The notes below the pieces were generated by a model, which made no database searches, was not told the origin of the DNA, and saw nothing but the letters and a program-made list of their open reading frames with translations. Below are positions 20,711 through 31,296 of a stretch of 64,000 nucleotides of DNA, piece by piece. Position numbers and translations under genes: made by a program. The stretch lies in NCBI GenBank assembly GCA_047150005.1, contig AP038806.1:3392001-3456000 (forward strand), written 5' to 3'. Source of the stretch: Nitrospira sp. (GTDB taxonomy: Bacteria > Nitrospirota > Nitrospiria > Nitrospirales > Nitrospiraceae). Each line of letters begins with the position of its first letter. Within the stretch, counting starts at the first letter, position 1.

Positions 20711-23095
20711 CTATCGTGCAGTCGATCTCGGATTCGTTTCGTGCCCCTGCCCCTCCGTGTCGGCGATGCCGCCCACCGTGCCCAGCACATGGATCGGTCT
20801 CTGGTCGCGATCCCGGATGATCCGGCCGGTCCAGACGATGCGCTGGGTGCCGCCCTGCTGCTTCTTGATGCGATGTTCCAGCACGAGGTTGTCGCCCTGG
20901 TGGTCCTTGACTCCGGACAGCGCGGTGGAGAACGTCTCTCGGTCGTCCGGAAAGACCAGCGCCAGCCAGTCGAGCGTCGTGAGCATTCTGGCTTCGGTTG
21001 CGCCGCTGAAAAAACGATTGATGTGCGGAGACCAGCAGATCCGCCCGGTCACCAGATCCCAGTTCCAGACACCGATATCGATGGCCTGCAGGGCAAGCCG
21101 CAGCAGGACATCCTGGCCTTTCAGGGCCTCTTCCATCCGCTTGCGGTCGGTAATGTCGGTCGAGATCCCGCACATGGCGTAGGGAATGCCCGCCTGGTCA
21201 TGAAGCGGCAGCTTGATGGAAATGTAGGTACGGAGGCCGTCGGTGTGGGGGGCGATTTCTTCATACTCGATCGTGGTGTTCCGCTGAATGACCTCCAAGT
21301 CGTTCGCGCGGAACGCGTCGGCGATATTGCGGGGGAAGAGATCATGGTCCGTGTGGCCCAGGATGTGGTTTGCGGGCACATCGAAGATCTGTTCGAACCG
21401 TCGGTTGATCAAGAGGTAACGGCCGGCCGGATCCTTGACATAGATCACCGCAGTGGTGTTATCGGCCACGCTTCGCAGCAATTGTTCATGGCGGCGGATG
21501 GTCTCTTCTGTTCGCCGGCGATCCATGATGGATTGGAGAGACCCCGCCATGCGCACGATGGTTCCACTCTCGTCCCACAGGGCCTGGCCTCTGGCGCGAA
21601 ACCAATGGTAGCCTTCATGTTTCGTCATCAGCCGGTATTCGATGTCGTACGGCACGCGTTGGTCGATGTGCGCTGCGAGGGCGGCAAAGACGCGAGTGCG
21701 GTCCTCCGGATGAAGCTTGGTCGCCCAGCTGTCCAGGACATCGGGAAATTCCTGATCGGTGTAGCCTAACATCTCCTTGAAGCGAGCCGAGTACCAGACG
21801 AGGGTCTGAGAAGAGCTCCAATGTTGTCCCGGGACCGTTTGCGCGTCCCAGAACCCATCGCTGGAGCCACGAATCACCAGTTCGAGCCGCTCTTCGCTCT
21901 CTCGAAGCGCGCGCTGTGCGGCCATCCGCTCCGTGACATCCTGGAAGACGATGACGGATCCGACCACGTCATCCCCCTCCTTGATGGGCGTGCTCACATA
22001 TTCGACAGGAAGTGCGTTGCCGTCCTTTTTCCAGAAGACTTCATCGACGACGCGGCGGATGATCCCATCCCTCATTGCCGCATGGACGGGGCACTGCTCC
22101 ACCGGGTACGGAGTGCCGTCCCGTTTTGTGTGATGCATAATGCGATGCATGGGCCGCCCGACTAATTCCTCGGCGCCATAGCCCAGCATGGCGGCGGCAC
22201 TGCGATTGACGAAGGTCGTGCGTCCGTCGAGATCGAGGCCGTAGATGCCTTCTCCGGCTTGGGTGAGAATCAGCGTCTGCCGGCGTCGCAGCTGATCGAG
22301 CGTCTGCTCGGTGCGTTTGCGGCCTGAGATGTCGCGGATAATGCCGCTGTAGTAGTTGCCGCTCTCCGTCTGCCATGTCGCCAGGGACAGTTCGATGGGA
22401 AACTCGGTGCCGTCCTTCCTGAGTCCGTCCAACTCGATGATGGAGCCGATAACCCGGCTTTGTCCCGTGGCCTCCATGCGGGCCAGGCCCTGTTGGTGAG
22501 CCCGCCGGTAACGGGACGGCATCAGCATGGTCAACGGCTGCCCGACCGCCTCCTCCTGCGCGTGCCCGAACATGGTGGAGGCGGCCCGGTTCCAGGACAC
22601 GATCGTCCCTCGTCCGTCGGCCAACACGATGGCGTCGGAGGCGGACTCCACCAGCGAACGAAACCGGTCCTCGCTTTCGATGAGGAGGTGTTCCGTCCGA
22701 TGCACCTTCACCACGAGTTCCTTGACCCCGATCGCGCGGCGCAGCGTCTGGCGGAGTTCCTCACGGTTGTACGGTTTGGTGATGTAGGTGAACGCCCCCT
22801 CGACCAGCGAACCGACGGTGCGTTCCTGGGCGATGTGGGCCGTGAGGATGATGACCGGCACGGACGCGTCCAGACGCTGCATCTCCTTGAGCACGTCGGT
22901 CCCGTCTCCGTCCGGCAGCCCGAGGTCCAGAAGAACGGCGTTGAAGCGCTGTCCACGGATTCTGGCGAGGGCCACCGCGCAACAATCGGCTACGGTGACG
23001 TGATAGCCGTCGTGCTGAAGCAAGTCCTGTAGACCGATCACAATATCAGGGTTGTCTTCGACGACGAGGATCCGATGAGGGCTCGCGTGTTCCAT
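20711..23095 (-). CDS. Receiver domain plus five PAS domains, no output domain
   Basis: ILVVED..LLDLGLPDGDG..KPY, then five PAS/PAC repeats. Confidence 0.85.
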   Translation of the reverse strand: MEHASPHRILVVEDNPDIVIGLQDLLQHDGYHVTVADCCAVALARIRGQRFNAVLLDLGLPDGDGTDVLKEMQRLDASVPVIILTAHIAQERTVGSLVEGAFTYITKPYNREELRQTLRRAIGVKELVVKVHRTEHLLIESEDRFRSLVESASDAIVLADGRGTIVSWNRAASTMFGHAQEEAVGQPLTMLMPSRYRRAHQQGLARMEATGQSRVIGSIIELDGLRKDGTEFPIELSLATWQTESGNYYSGIIRDISGRKRTEQTLDQLRRRQTLILTQAGEGIYGLDLDGRTTFVNRSAAAMLGYGAEELVGRPMHRIMHHTKRDGTPYPVEQCPVHAAMRDGIIRRVVDEVFWKKDGNALPVEYVSTPIKEGDDVVGSVIVFQDVTERMAAQRALRESEERLELVIRGSSDGFWDAQTVPGQHWSSSQTLVWYSARFKEMLGYTDQEFPDVLDSWATKLHPEDRTRVFAALAAHIDQRVPYDIEYRLMTKHEGYHWFRARGQALWDESGTIVRMAGSLQSIMDRRRTEETIRRHEQLLRSVADNTTAVIYVKDPAGRYLLINRRFEQIFDVPANHILGHTDHDLFPRNIADAFRANDLEVIQRNTTIEYEEIAPHTDGLRTYISIKLPLHDQAGIPYAMCGISTDITDRKRMEEALKGQDVLLRLALQAIDIGVWNWDLVTGRICWSPHINRFFSGATEARMLTTLDWLALVFPDDRETFSTALSGVKDHQGDNLVLEHRIKKQQGGTQRIVWTGRIIRDRDQRPIHVLGTVGGIADTEGQGHETNPRSTAR

Positions 23096-23286
23096 CTCAT
23101 TCTCACCGCACCGGATCGTGCGGGCCGCATGGCCGAACGAGGCACATTGATCGATCCTCTGTGGTGGAATCCGGTGTGCCGCAGAAGAGAAAAGCAATTC
23201 TTGTGCTTGCGCGCAATCGTCGGACGTGAACGAGGGTGGAAGCAAGATGTGCGGCGCGGTAGGGCGCAGCTGGGCGCCCGGCTCGG

Positions 23287-23640
23287 CTATGGCGCGTCAT
23301 TCACGGTGGAGCCGGAAGGTCGGATGAGGATGCGGGGGCGACCTCGTTTTAGCGGGGCCAGTCGCTGAGGAAATGCGCCGCCGTGGCTTTCTTCCATCTG
23401 CGAGACGGAGTCGTCGAGTGCTTCGGTGATGAGACGAGCCAACGTGCCGTGGCCGGTCCAATACACCGCATTGCGTAGCCGTTCGAGCAGATCGACGGAC
23501 AGGGTGATCGTGACACGTTGCTTGCGCAACTTGCCGCCGGTGGAATGCACCGCACCCCCGTTCACTCGCAACGGCCCCCCATCGTCGGAGAGTCTCGGCG
23601 TCGTCGGAGCATGCATGTGCGGGTGAGGCCGGCCGTTCAT
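23287..23640 (-). CDS. Hypothetical protein, possible ribbon-helix-helix DNA binder
   Basis: RVTITLSVDLLERLRNAVYW...LARLITEAL; start overlaps upstream stop (ATGA). Confidence 0.65.
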   Translation of the reverse strand: MNGRPHPHMHAPTTPRLSDDGGPLRVNGGAVHSTGGKLRKQRVTITLSVDLLERLRNAVYWTGHGTLARLITEALDDSVSQMEESHGGAFPQRLAPLKRGRPRILIRPSGSTVNDAP

Positions 23641-23816
23641 GCGGCGACGTTCCGGTGCGTCGAGCCGGTCTTGTCGATGTCGTCCCGGTCGGACACCGTC
23701 TCCTGGGCCGACGTCGCACGATCGGTCTGTTCGCCCCACAGCACGGCCACGGCCATGGCCCAGATCAGCCCAACGAGTCCCGTCAGCAATACTCCAACGA
23801 CAAGGTCCTGTGTCAT
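23637..23816 (-). CDS. 59-aa single-pass membrane protein
   Basis: AAAGGAG RBS; MTQDLVVGVLLTGLVGLIWAMAVAVLWG...; just downstream of a sigma54 promoter. Confidence 0.65.
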   Translation of the reverse strand: MTQDLVVGVLLTGLVGLIWAMAVAVLWGEQTDRATSAQETVSDRDDIDKTGSTHRNVAA

Positions 23817-23882
23817 GGCCTGGCTCCTTTCTTCAACGGCTCGGAGGGCCGGTGGCCTGACAGAGTGGCTGTAGAGATGGCC

Positions 23883-23898
23883 AGCAATCCCTGTGCCA
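23883..23898 (-). promoter_or_regulatory. Sigma54 promoter
   Basis: TGGCACAGGGATTGCT matches TGGCAC-N5-TTGC. Confidence 0.8.
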
Positions 23899-23993
23899 TC
23901 GGAAACTGGTGCCTGTAGCTGGTCGAATACGAAAGAATCCTCAGGTTTCTTTGGCGACATGTCTATGGAGGCGACGATTATTCCGCTTCCCTT

Positions 23994-24046
23994 GTGAATC
24001 GAAAAGGATTCTCAGCTGAATCCAAATAGATCAGCAAGTGAATCAC
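23994..24046. promoter_or_regulatory. Candidate enhancer (UAS) sites, TGAATC-N6-GATTCA type
   Basis: GTGAATCGAAAAGGATTCTC at 23994; TGAATC half-sites at 23995, 24017, 24039 (22-bp period). Confidence 0.6.
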
Positions 24047-24063
24047 GCGATCCGTAAGATTTG

Positions 24064-25074
24064 TCATTCCCGTGGAAGCGGGAAGGTGGAGTCACATTTG
24101 AAGTGCAACAGATCACGAGTAAACACCTCGGCCGGTGTCTCATAGTCGAGACACTTGCGCGGGGTGTGATTATACGCCCGCACCAGCGCCAGCAAGCGGC
24201 GGGTGGAGAGCGTGGCCAAGTCAGTTTTCCGGGGGAGGGCACGGCGCATCCGGCCGATACCGTTTTCGATACCCCCTTTTTGCCACGGGGCATGCGGGTC
24301 ACAAAAGTAGGTGCGCATGCCGAGCGGGTGCAGCTGATCGTGATACGCGAACTCCGTGCCGTTATCGAACGTGATGGTCCGGCGCAGGGCCGGAGGCAGG
24401 GCGGCAAACAGCGCCGTGAGTCGGGCGGCCACCGGCTGGGCCCCCTTCGTGGGTTGCCGGCTGGCCACCAACACGCGCGAGCGGCGTTCCTGCGTCACCA
24501 GGACCGCCTGGCCATATTTCACAAACAGCATCAGATCGGCCTCCCAATGGCCAGGGTCCTGCCGCTGCTGGATCGCCGCCGGTCGCTCGCTAATGGGGAC
24601 GCGGCTGCGGATGTGGTCCACGGCACTGCCGCCTTTGCGCCCCCGCCACCCGCGTTTGCTTTTGCCCCGCGGCAAATAATGCCGCCAGCGATAGTCTTTC
24701 GTCCGGCGGATCTGGCTGGCGATGAAGCGGTAGATCGACTCGGAGCTGATGCGCAGCGCGCAGCCGTCGCGCTTGAGCCGGCCGGCGACTTGAGCGGGCG
24801 ACCAGCCCTGCCCCAACCAGCGCAGGACGTGGGCCTGCAGCGCCGGTTGCCGGAGCAGACGACTCCCGCGCCAGCGGCGGCTGCGGGTCTGCTCCTGGGC
24901 ATAGGCAGGCGCATAGCCCACCTGGGCGCCGCGATTGCGCCTCAGTTCCCGCAGAATGGTCGATGGCGCGCGATCCAGAGCTGCTGCAATTTGGCGGATG
25001 GTTTGCCCGGCTTCGCGAGCCCGGGCAATCGTACACCGGTCTTCCAAGGAGAGCTGCGCATAGTGTCGTCCCAT
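24064..25074 (-). CDS. IS30 transposase
   Basis: HTH, GHWEAD, ITFDNGTEF, PWQKGGIEN, N.TPRKCL. Confidence 0.95.
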   Translation of the reverse strand: MGRHYAQLSLEDRCTIARAREAGQTIRQIAAALDRAPSTILRELRRNRGAQVGYAPAYAQEQTRSRRWRGSRLLRQPALQAHVLRWLGQGWSPAQVAGRLKRDGCALRISSESIYRFIASQIRRTKDYRWRHYLPRGKSKRGWRGRKGGSAVDHIRSRVPISERPAAIQQRQDPGHWEADLMLFVKYGQAVLVTQERRSRVLVASRQPTKGAQPVAARLTALFAALPPALRRTITFDNGTEFAYHDQLHPLGMRTYFCDPHAPWQKGGIENGIGRMRRALPRKTDLATLSTRRLLALVRAYNHTPRKCLDYETPAEVFTRDLLHFKCDSTFPLPRE

Positions 25075-25121
25075 TGCAACACCTTACCCCACAGGTGTTG
25101 CACTTCGTTTGTGAATCTAGG
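24085..25121 (-). mobile_element. IS30-family element, copy 1 (1037 bp)
   Basis: 26-bp imperfect IRs ending GAAGTGCAACA; 3-bp duplication GAA. Confidence 0.9.
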
Positions 25122-25277
25122 GAATCCAGTCAAGGCCTTCTCTTCAGCATGGAGTCTTGATCGAGGAGTGGATGCCCGCCTTCGCGGGCATGACGCAAGA
25201 GGAAACCGATGGCGGTGAATCAGCCGAGGTCAGAACAGGAGGTCGACCAAGAACGATCTGATGTGCGACCAGAGCGG

Positions 25278-26072
25278 CTATCGTTGTTGAGCTTGGACCG
25301 ATCGCAGATCCCATTCAGCCACGCCGTTGAGGCCGACCTGCTTCAGAAGCCCGGCGCGCAGCCTTCTCAGCGAGGCGTCGGTGGGGCTGGCGTCGATCAA
25401 CGTGCAGAGGCAACCCATCGCATCGTACCAGAAGCCGGCACGCGCATTCTCTGTGACCGTTTGAACCGAGCAGGTGATCTTCGCGTCCAACGCGATGAGG
25501 CAGTCGCTCATTTCACAACGCTCAATGACGCCGCCGCCGACGATGTCCTTGGATGGAGAGGAAGGATCGCGCACGACCGAGACGTACCAGCGGTATTGGA
25601 TATTCGGATCGAGGGAGAGACCTAGATCCTTGATCGCAATGGAAAAGATCCCCGGCTGTTTCGGAGTGGCGATAGGTGCTTCGTAGATTGGCCTCACCGA
25701 TTGATTGTCGATCAATGTGAAGCGCACTTCGTGCGGCGTCGGCTTGGACAGATACCAGTTGAGGACCGGGACCTGACTCGACGTGAACCCCACATGATCG
25801 GGCACGAGCGCCTGGACTTCCGGATCCGCTCCCTCCGTGCCGCGTAGTTCTCCGCCCACGCGCGCGCGGGGTGTGAACTTCTTCGGCGGCTGATAGAGGG
25901 GAATCTCGTCACGCGACGCTTGTGTGCCCGTGACGGCCGGCTGCTCGGAGAAGGCGGGCTGAGCGGCTGCGCCGTTCAGCCCGATCATGAGGAGCATGAG
26001 GGAGAGGATCGCACCGGATGAGCTGGAACTGGTCGAGCTGTTTGGAGGCCGAGTGTGATGTGTGACGTTCAT
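25278..26072 (-). CDS. DUF928-like exported protein
   Basis: RVGGELRG, LVPDHVGFT, YRWYVS, AGFWYDAM. Confidence 0.8.
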   Translation of the reverse strand: MNVTHHTRPPNSSTSSSSSGAILSLMLLMIGLNGAAAQPAFSEQPAVTGTQASRDEIPLYQPPKKFTPRARVGGELRGTEGADPEVQALVPDHVGFTSSQVPVLNWYLSKPTPHEVRFTLIDNQSVRPIYEAPIATPKQPGIFSIAIKDLGLSLDPNIQYRWYVSVVRDPSSPSKDIVGGGVIERCEMSDCLIALDAKITCSVQTVTENARAGFWYDAMGCLCTLIDASPTDASLRRLRAGLLKQVGLNGVAEWDLRSVQAQQR

Positions 26073-26129
26073 GGTGGCAGCCCTCACGTTAGGTGTGCGG
26101 CTCAAGGATCACGAGAGCAATTCCGTCTG

Positions 26130-26912
26130 CTAGCGGCTCATCGGTGAAATCGCCTGCAGGTCCCAGGCGGCCACACCGTGGAGGCCGACCTGTGTCAACA
26201 ATGACGCGCGAAGCCGTCTGAGCGGGGCGTCGGTCGGATCCGCGTCGATCAAGACACAGAGACAGCCCATGGCGTCGTACCACAGTCCCGCCCGCGCGTT
26301 CTCCGTGACGGACTGCACGGAGCAGGTCATGCGAGCATCCATGACGATCAAGCAGTCGCTGAGCTCGCAGCGTTCGATGATGCCGCCGGTCACGATGTCC
26401 GGCGAGGGAGCCTGCCGGACGATCGACACGTACCAGCGATACTGTACGCCCGGCTTCAGAACCAGATCCAGGTCCTTTGTGCGGATGGAGAAGATGCCCG
26501 CTTCCTTGGGAGCCGGGATCGGCGCTTCGAAGATAGGCCTCACCGATTTGTCGTCGACCAGTGTGAACCGCACTTCGTGCGGGGTCGGCTTGGACAGATA
26601 CCAGTTGAGCACCGGCGTCTCCTGAGAGGTAAATCCGACATGATCCGGCACGAGGGGCTGAACGACCAGCTCCGCGCTGTCGACCCCCCGATCCGTTCCG
26701 CCGAGGCGGGCTCGCGGCATGAATTTCTTCGGAGGCACATAGAGGATGCGCGGCTCGTTTGACGAGCCGGAATCGGCCGATGCCGCCCAGATCGCCGGAA
26801 CGGCCTGGCATATCAAGGCGACGAACAGCAGGGCGCTCAGCCCTTGTCGACTCGAGCCGAACGGACCGATGCCGGTGAGTGGGGGCGCGGAATGGTGACA
26901 CGCAGACGCCAT
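26130..26912 (-). CDS. DUF928-like exported protein (tandem paralog)
   Basis: RLGGTDRG, LVPDHVGFT, YRWYVS, AGLWYDAM. Confidence 0.8.
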   Translation of the reverse strand: MASACHHSAPPLTGIGPFGSSRQGLSALLFVALICQAVPAIWAASADSGSSNEPRILYVPPKKFMPRARLGGTDRGVDSAELVVQPLVPDHVGFTSQETPVLNWYLSKPTPHEVRFTLVDDKSVRPIFEAPIPAPKEAGIFSIRTKDLDLVLKPGVQYRWYVSIVRQAPSPDIVTGGIIERCELSDCLIVMDARMTCSVQSVTENARAGLWYDAMGCLCVLIDADPTDAPLRRLRASLLTQVGLHGVAAWDLQAISPMSR

Positions 26913-26921
26913 GAATGTGTC

Positions 26922-29252
26922 CTATAACCAGTTGTTCAGGAGGAGAAAGGGCGACCAGTATGCCGGATGTTCATAGACCCGATCAGCCAGAAGCTTGATC
27001 TGTGCCCGCTGCATGGCGACGGCCTTGGAGACCGACGGATTGCGGAGTTGACGGTAAAATTCTGAAATCAACGCCGAGGAGGCTTCGTCGTTGATGAACC
27101 ACAGGGTCGCCAGCGCGCTCCGGGCGCCGGCCTTGATCGCGACGCCGGCCAATCCCAACGCTGCGCGATCGTCGCCCACGCCGGTCTGGCAGGCGCTCAA
27201 CGCGAGCAGCTCAAGCGGATCTTCCCGAAACCGAAAGAGTCCGATGAGTTGATCCAGTTTGCTCATGGTCAACTTGCCGTCGAAGGTCAGCAAGAACGAA
27301 TCGTTCACGTCGGTCGAAAACTTCCCGTGCGTGGCGATATGCAGGATGCCGTACCGTCCTTCACGCAATTCTTGTTCCAGACGTGGGGCGAGAAAGTCCT
27401 GGTCGAGCAGTTGATCTCCGCCGTAGAGTTTATGGATCGAATCCACCTCTTCCTCCACGTAGGGTAAGGCCGGGAACCCTTGCACGCTCTTGGTCAGCCC
27501 GGTCGCGAGGAAGCGGACTTTCTCGCGGTTCAGCGGTTTCGGATCGGTCAGGGTGATCCCAGGCGTGATGGCGATCGCGAATTTCTGAATCAAAAAGGAT
27601 TCGCCGTCGTGGAGTGCAGCCATGGGGATCGTCCGCAGGGGTCCGTCCGGGACGATGACCAACGTGGTGATGTGTTCTTGCTTCAATTGTGCCTCGACCG
27701 GCCTGATCAGCCAGTCGTACAACTGCTTCGCGTGGGGAAGGTACTCGCGGGTCGTCCGCTTTTCGACACGACGGCGGAAGTCGCGGACCTCCTGCGTGAT
27801 CGTCTCAGCCGCGACCGGTACAGCCGTGCGGTAGAATCCGGACGGCAGCGTGACCAACAACTCGATCCGCTTGCCGAATAGGATCGGATAGATGACCGCC
27901 GTATCGGGCGACAAGCGGTCGAACGTCGTCAGGCGGGACCGGATCGCATCGACGCAGCCGTCCTTGAAGTAGTCTCGCAGCTCGGCTGCCTTGAAGGCTT
28001 CCACGGCATCGCGGGCGGCGAGCAAGTAGCCTTCCGCAATCTTCTGGTCTTCCGTCCGCGACGCGCGCTGCAAAAGGAGATCGGCAAACTCGAAGAACAA
28101 CGGCTTGATCGACTCCTGGTTCGACAGCGAAGCTTCGGCCGCCGCTTGGCTCACTTCGAATCGGATCGGCTGCAAGGTGGTCGCCGCTTGCCGATAGGCA
28201 GCCAGGGCTTCATCGATCTGATCCTTCGAAGCCAGCAGTCGTGCCAGCTGCCACTGCCAGCGGTAGAGGGATTCCGGCGCGTCCACCGATTGCGCGGCGA
28301 AGACGGCCCGCCTGGTCAGCGGTAGCGCATCGTCAGTTCTGGCTTCCAGCTCGTAGAGATGCCCCATGTACCCCAAGGCATAGGAGAGCGTTCGCGTGTC
28401 CTTCAATTGTTCCGACACGGTGATGGCCTCCTGCAGCGCGCCGGCCGACCGGAGGAGCAGCGGCTTGCGGATGTCGGGAAGGGCCGGCAACAGACTCTGG
28501 TAGACCAGGCCGATGTTGATGAAACCGACGGCTTTGTCCCGGGAAATGGGCTGGTCCTTGAGTTGATCCAGCGCATCGTCCAGCCATTGCCTGGCGGCGT
28601 CCGGGTTGCCGAGCCGCAAGGAAATTCTGGCGGCGTTCACCCGGCTGTTCACCGCCAACATCGGAAGGCCGGCTTCACGAGCCACCGTCACGCAATCGGT
28701 GAAGGCTTCCAGCGCCTCCTTGTCCTGGCGTTTGAGCGCGTAGAGCACACCGAGGTCGTTCAAGATAGATGCGGAGACCGCCGGGGTCGGCTGCCGCCGC
28801 GCCACTTCCTCAGCTTGAGCGAGATACTGCGCCGCCGGATCCAGCTGCCGGGCCGTGAGGTACGCCCGTCCGATCTGGTCGAGCACCGTCGCATGCCAGG
28901 CATGGTCGGATCCCTGCTGCGCCAGGGCGAGGGCGAGCTCGAGAGATTGGATCGCCTGCGTGCTTTGTCCCAATGCCTGCGTGGCTTGCGCGGCGGACAC
29001 CAGCGCGTGGCTTTCGCCATCGGCCGATCCGGCATCATGATACCGCGCCGCCGCCGCCCGCCAATTGGTGAGTGCGTCCTCGAAGGCGCCCCGTTGATAG
29101 GCCTGCGCTCCCTGTTGCATGAGGGATTCCGGCGTCCCCTGATTCGCGGCATCCGCAAAGAGGAGTGAAGGAATTAACATCATGCACGCGAGCAACAGGG
29201 ACGCAGGCCACCGAGCCTGATGAAGGCTACCTTGTCTAGTTCGAGCGTTCAC
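26922..29252 (-). CDS. Secreted TPR-CHAT (caspase-like) protease
   Basis: Signal peptide, TPR repeats, catalytic HIATHG and LSACQTG, HPAYWSPF. Confidence 0.92.
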   Translation of the reverse strand: MNARTRQGSLHQARWPASLLLACMMLIPSLLFADAANQGTPESLMQQGAQAYQRGAFEDALTNWRAAAARYHDAGSADGESHALVSAAQATQALGQSTQAIQSLELALALAQQGSDHAWHATVLDQIGRAYLTARQLDPAAQYLAQAEEVARRQPTPAVSASILNDLGVLYALKRQDKEALEAFTDCVTVAREAGLPMLAVNSRVNAARISLRLGNPDAARQWLDDALDQLKDQPISRDKAVGFINIGLVYQSLLPALPDIRKPLLLRSAGALQEAITVSEQLKDTRTLSYALGYMGHLYELEARTDDALPLTRRAVFAAQSVDAPESLYRWQWQLARLLASKDQIDEALAAYRQAATTLQPIRFEVSQAAAEASLSNQESIKPLFFEFADLLLQRASRTEDQKIAEGYLLAARDAVEAFKAAELRDYFKDGCVDAIRSRLTTFDRLSPDTAVIYPILFGKRIELLVTLPSGFYRTAVPVAAETITQEVRDFRRRVEKRTTREYLPHAKQLYDWLIRPVEAQLKQEHITTLVIVPDGPLRTIPMAALHDGESFLIQKFAIAITPGITLTDPKPLNREKVRFLATGLTKSVQGFPALPYVEEEVDSIHKLYGGDQLLDQDFLAPRLEQELREGRYGILHIATHGKFSTDVNDSFLLTFDGKLTMSKLDQLIGLFRFREDPLELLALSACQTGVGDDRAALGLAGVAIKAGARSALATLWFINDEASSALISEFYRQLRNPSVSKAVAMQRAQIKLLADRVYEHPAYWSPFLLLNNWL

Positions 29253-29285
29253 ACCGTTCTCGCAATCAAGTGTCGTGCCATCCGG

Positions 29286-31103
29286 TTAAAAAAGATTAAT
29301 CACCAGACCCATGTGGACTCCATAGTCCTGCAGCGTGTTGCCCACACGATTCGGAGGGTCCCGGACGAGCTTGTAGCCCCAGTAAACCTCATAGTTTGCA
29401 CGATCGTGGGGGAGAATACTCCAGCGAAGCCCGGCGCCGATGCTCGCCAACGTATTCGGGTTTCCAATCGCTTCTGAGGCGGTCTTATTCGCACCCAGGC
29501 TCCAGCCGTTTCCCACGTCGGCGAACGGTGCAAACTGAAAGATCGGCTCTCCGCTGGCCCGACGCCACAGAGGGAAACGCGATTCAAGGGAGGCGATGAA
29601 GGCGTTGTCGCGCAACAGGGTGACCTCTCGATATCCACGCACGCTGTACCGGCCACCGACCGACACTTGCTCCAGGGGAAACAACGGAGAATTCGACAAC
29701 TGCAGGTCCATGCGGCCGAGAAGCTGCATGCCCAAGAGGTTCTCTCCGAATTGTTTGATGCCTTGTACCTGTCCCAACCAGGAGAAGAACTGGCCGGATG
29801 GCAGGTTCCCCTCGCCTGGCAGATTGCCCGAGTTGATGGTGGCACCCAGCACATTGAGCCCGACACTGAATCGAGAGCGGCCGGCCACAACGGTGTCCGG
29901 CGTGCGGTGGGTCCATTCCTGAGCGAACCGCAGTGCCGAGACGGTCGCAGCGCCGTTTTGGAATCCGGGAAACAGATTGAACGGTATGTCGGAGAAAATG
30001 AAGCTCTGGGTAAAGAGATGCTCGCCGATGATCGACAACGCCACCTCGTCCGTCACCGTGCGGTACACCGGCTGGCGAAGACTCAGGCCGATGATTTCCG
30101 TATTGGTCTTAATATCCAACGGCTTGAATGGTTGCTCGATCAGGGTGTAATCGGTGCGCCGGTAGTAGGGTGAAAAGGTCGTGTCATAGCGGTTCAACGG
30201 AATCGCGTAGGAGGTATCGATAATGGGAAAGGCGCCGGCCGAGCCGCCGAACGTCAGACTGAACGGATCGCCGTGCCCGGTCACGTTGTCGTAGACCACC
30301 GTGCCCAAGCCGCGGAACTCGCCGACCAGCGGCACTTGATAGTTATTCCCTTCGATGTAGGCATGAAACGGATTGCGGTCGGCGACCTTGAGATTCAATC
30401 TGCTCTCTCCTTGCGCATCTCCCGGACGCAGTTCCGCATTGATGCGCTCGATGCGCCGGTCCTGTTGCAGGAGCTGCAACTGTTCCTGCAGCGGATCCAT
30501 GCTGACCGGCGTGCGGACACCCTTCTCAACGCGATTGCGCAAGTAGGAATCGGCGAAATACCGGTTGCCGCTCACATCGATGCGCGTCAGCTTGCCCTCG
30601 ATGACCTGCACCGTGACGATGCCGTCCGCCACATCTTGATCCGGGATGATCGCGCCGGACGTGATATAGCCGGCGTTGATGTATTTGACCGTCAAAGCCA
30701 GGCGCAACCGTTCGAGGTCTTCGGTCGTCAACGTGCGGTTTTCGAACGGAGCCGTCACTTCGTCGAGCTGCGCTTGCGTGAACACCGTGTTACCGACGAC
30801 CTGAATGTCTTTGACGAACACCTTGATTTGTCCCAATCGCTGCTCGGCAGGTTCCTCGGGCGGCAGGGGAGGAGGCGGTAAAACGGGACTGGGAGGAGGA
30901 GGGGGCTCAGGACGTTCGAATTCTTTCTTCAACGGAGCCGGCGGTTCACCCGACCGGCCGCTCGGATCAAAGATCGGCGGGGTGATCTGAGCATGGGAGA
31001 TGGAGGCGACCAACAATGACCCCATGAGGCTTCCCCATCCGATGACCGGCTGCAGAGATCGACCAGGCCGTCCCGTCGCCTGGCTGGCCGCTCGTCCCGT
31101 CAT
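29286..31103 (-). CDS. ShlB/FhaC/HecB (TpsB) transporter
   Basis: POTRA (GNTVF..Y.NAGYITS..VIEG), GGRYSVRGY, terminal Phe. Confidence 0.92.
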   Translation of the reverse strand: MTGRAASQATGRPGRSLQPVIGWGSLMGSLLVASISHAQITPPIFDPSGRSGEPPAPLKKEFERPEPPPPPSPVLPPPPLPPEEPAEQRLGQIKVFVKDIQVVGNTVFTQAQLDEVTAPFENRTLTTEDLERLRLALTVKYINAGYITSGAIIPDQDVADGIVTVQVIEGKLTRIDVSGNRYFADSYLRNRVEKGVRTPVSMDPLQEQLQLLQQDRRIERINAELRPGDAQGESRLNLKVADRNPFHAYIEGNNYQVPLVGEFRGLGTVVYDNVTGHGDPFSLTFGGSAGAFPIIDTSYAIPLNRYDTTFSPYYRRTDYTLIEQPFKPLDIKTNTEIIGLSLRQPVYRTVTDEVALSIIGEHLFTQSFIFSDIPFNLFPGFQNGAATVSALRFAQEWTHRTPDTVVAGRSRFSVGLNVLGATINSGNLPGEGNLPSGQFFSWLGQVQGIKQFGENLLGMQLLGRMDLQLSNSPLFPLEQVSVGGRYSVRGYREVTLLRDNAFIASLESRFPLWRRASGEPIFQFAPFADVGNGWSLGANKTASEAIGNPNTLASIGAGLRWSILPHDRANYEVYWGYKLVRDPPNRVGNTLQDYGVHMGLVINLF

Positions 31104-31242
31104 GATCCACAGCCTGCCGACAGGTGATCAGAGAACGACATCGCGGAGATCCTGCATGATGGGATGAGGCCAACAGAGAGTGGGGCAGTGGTTATCACAA
31201 AAATTCTCCGCCTTGCATGAGCTCGGCCTAGGCCCAAATGCT

Positions 31243-31296
31243 GCCTAGTTATGCCCTTAGTGAGAATGCCGCAATAACCCCTTGGGATAGGGTCGA
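31243..31296 (-). promoter_or_regulatory. 54-bp conserved upstream motif, copy 1 (before tpsB)
   Basis: Ungapped match to 39936-39989 and 56190-56243. Confidence 0.65.

Larger units (their letters stand above)
24063..25194. repeat. REP-like palindrome doublet split by IS30 (24063-24084 and 25122-25194)
   Basis: Empty site reads GTCATTCCCGTGGAAGCGGGAATCCAG...TGGATGCCCGCCTTCGCGGGCATGAC. Confidence 0.75.
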
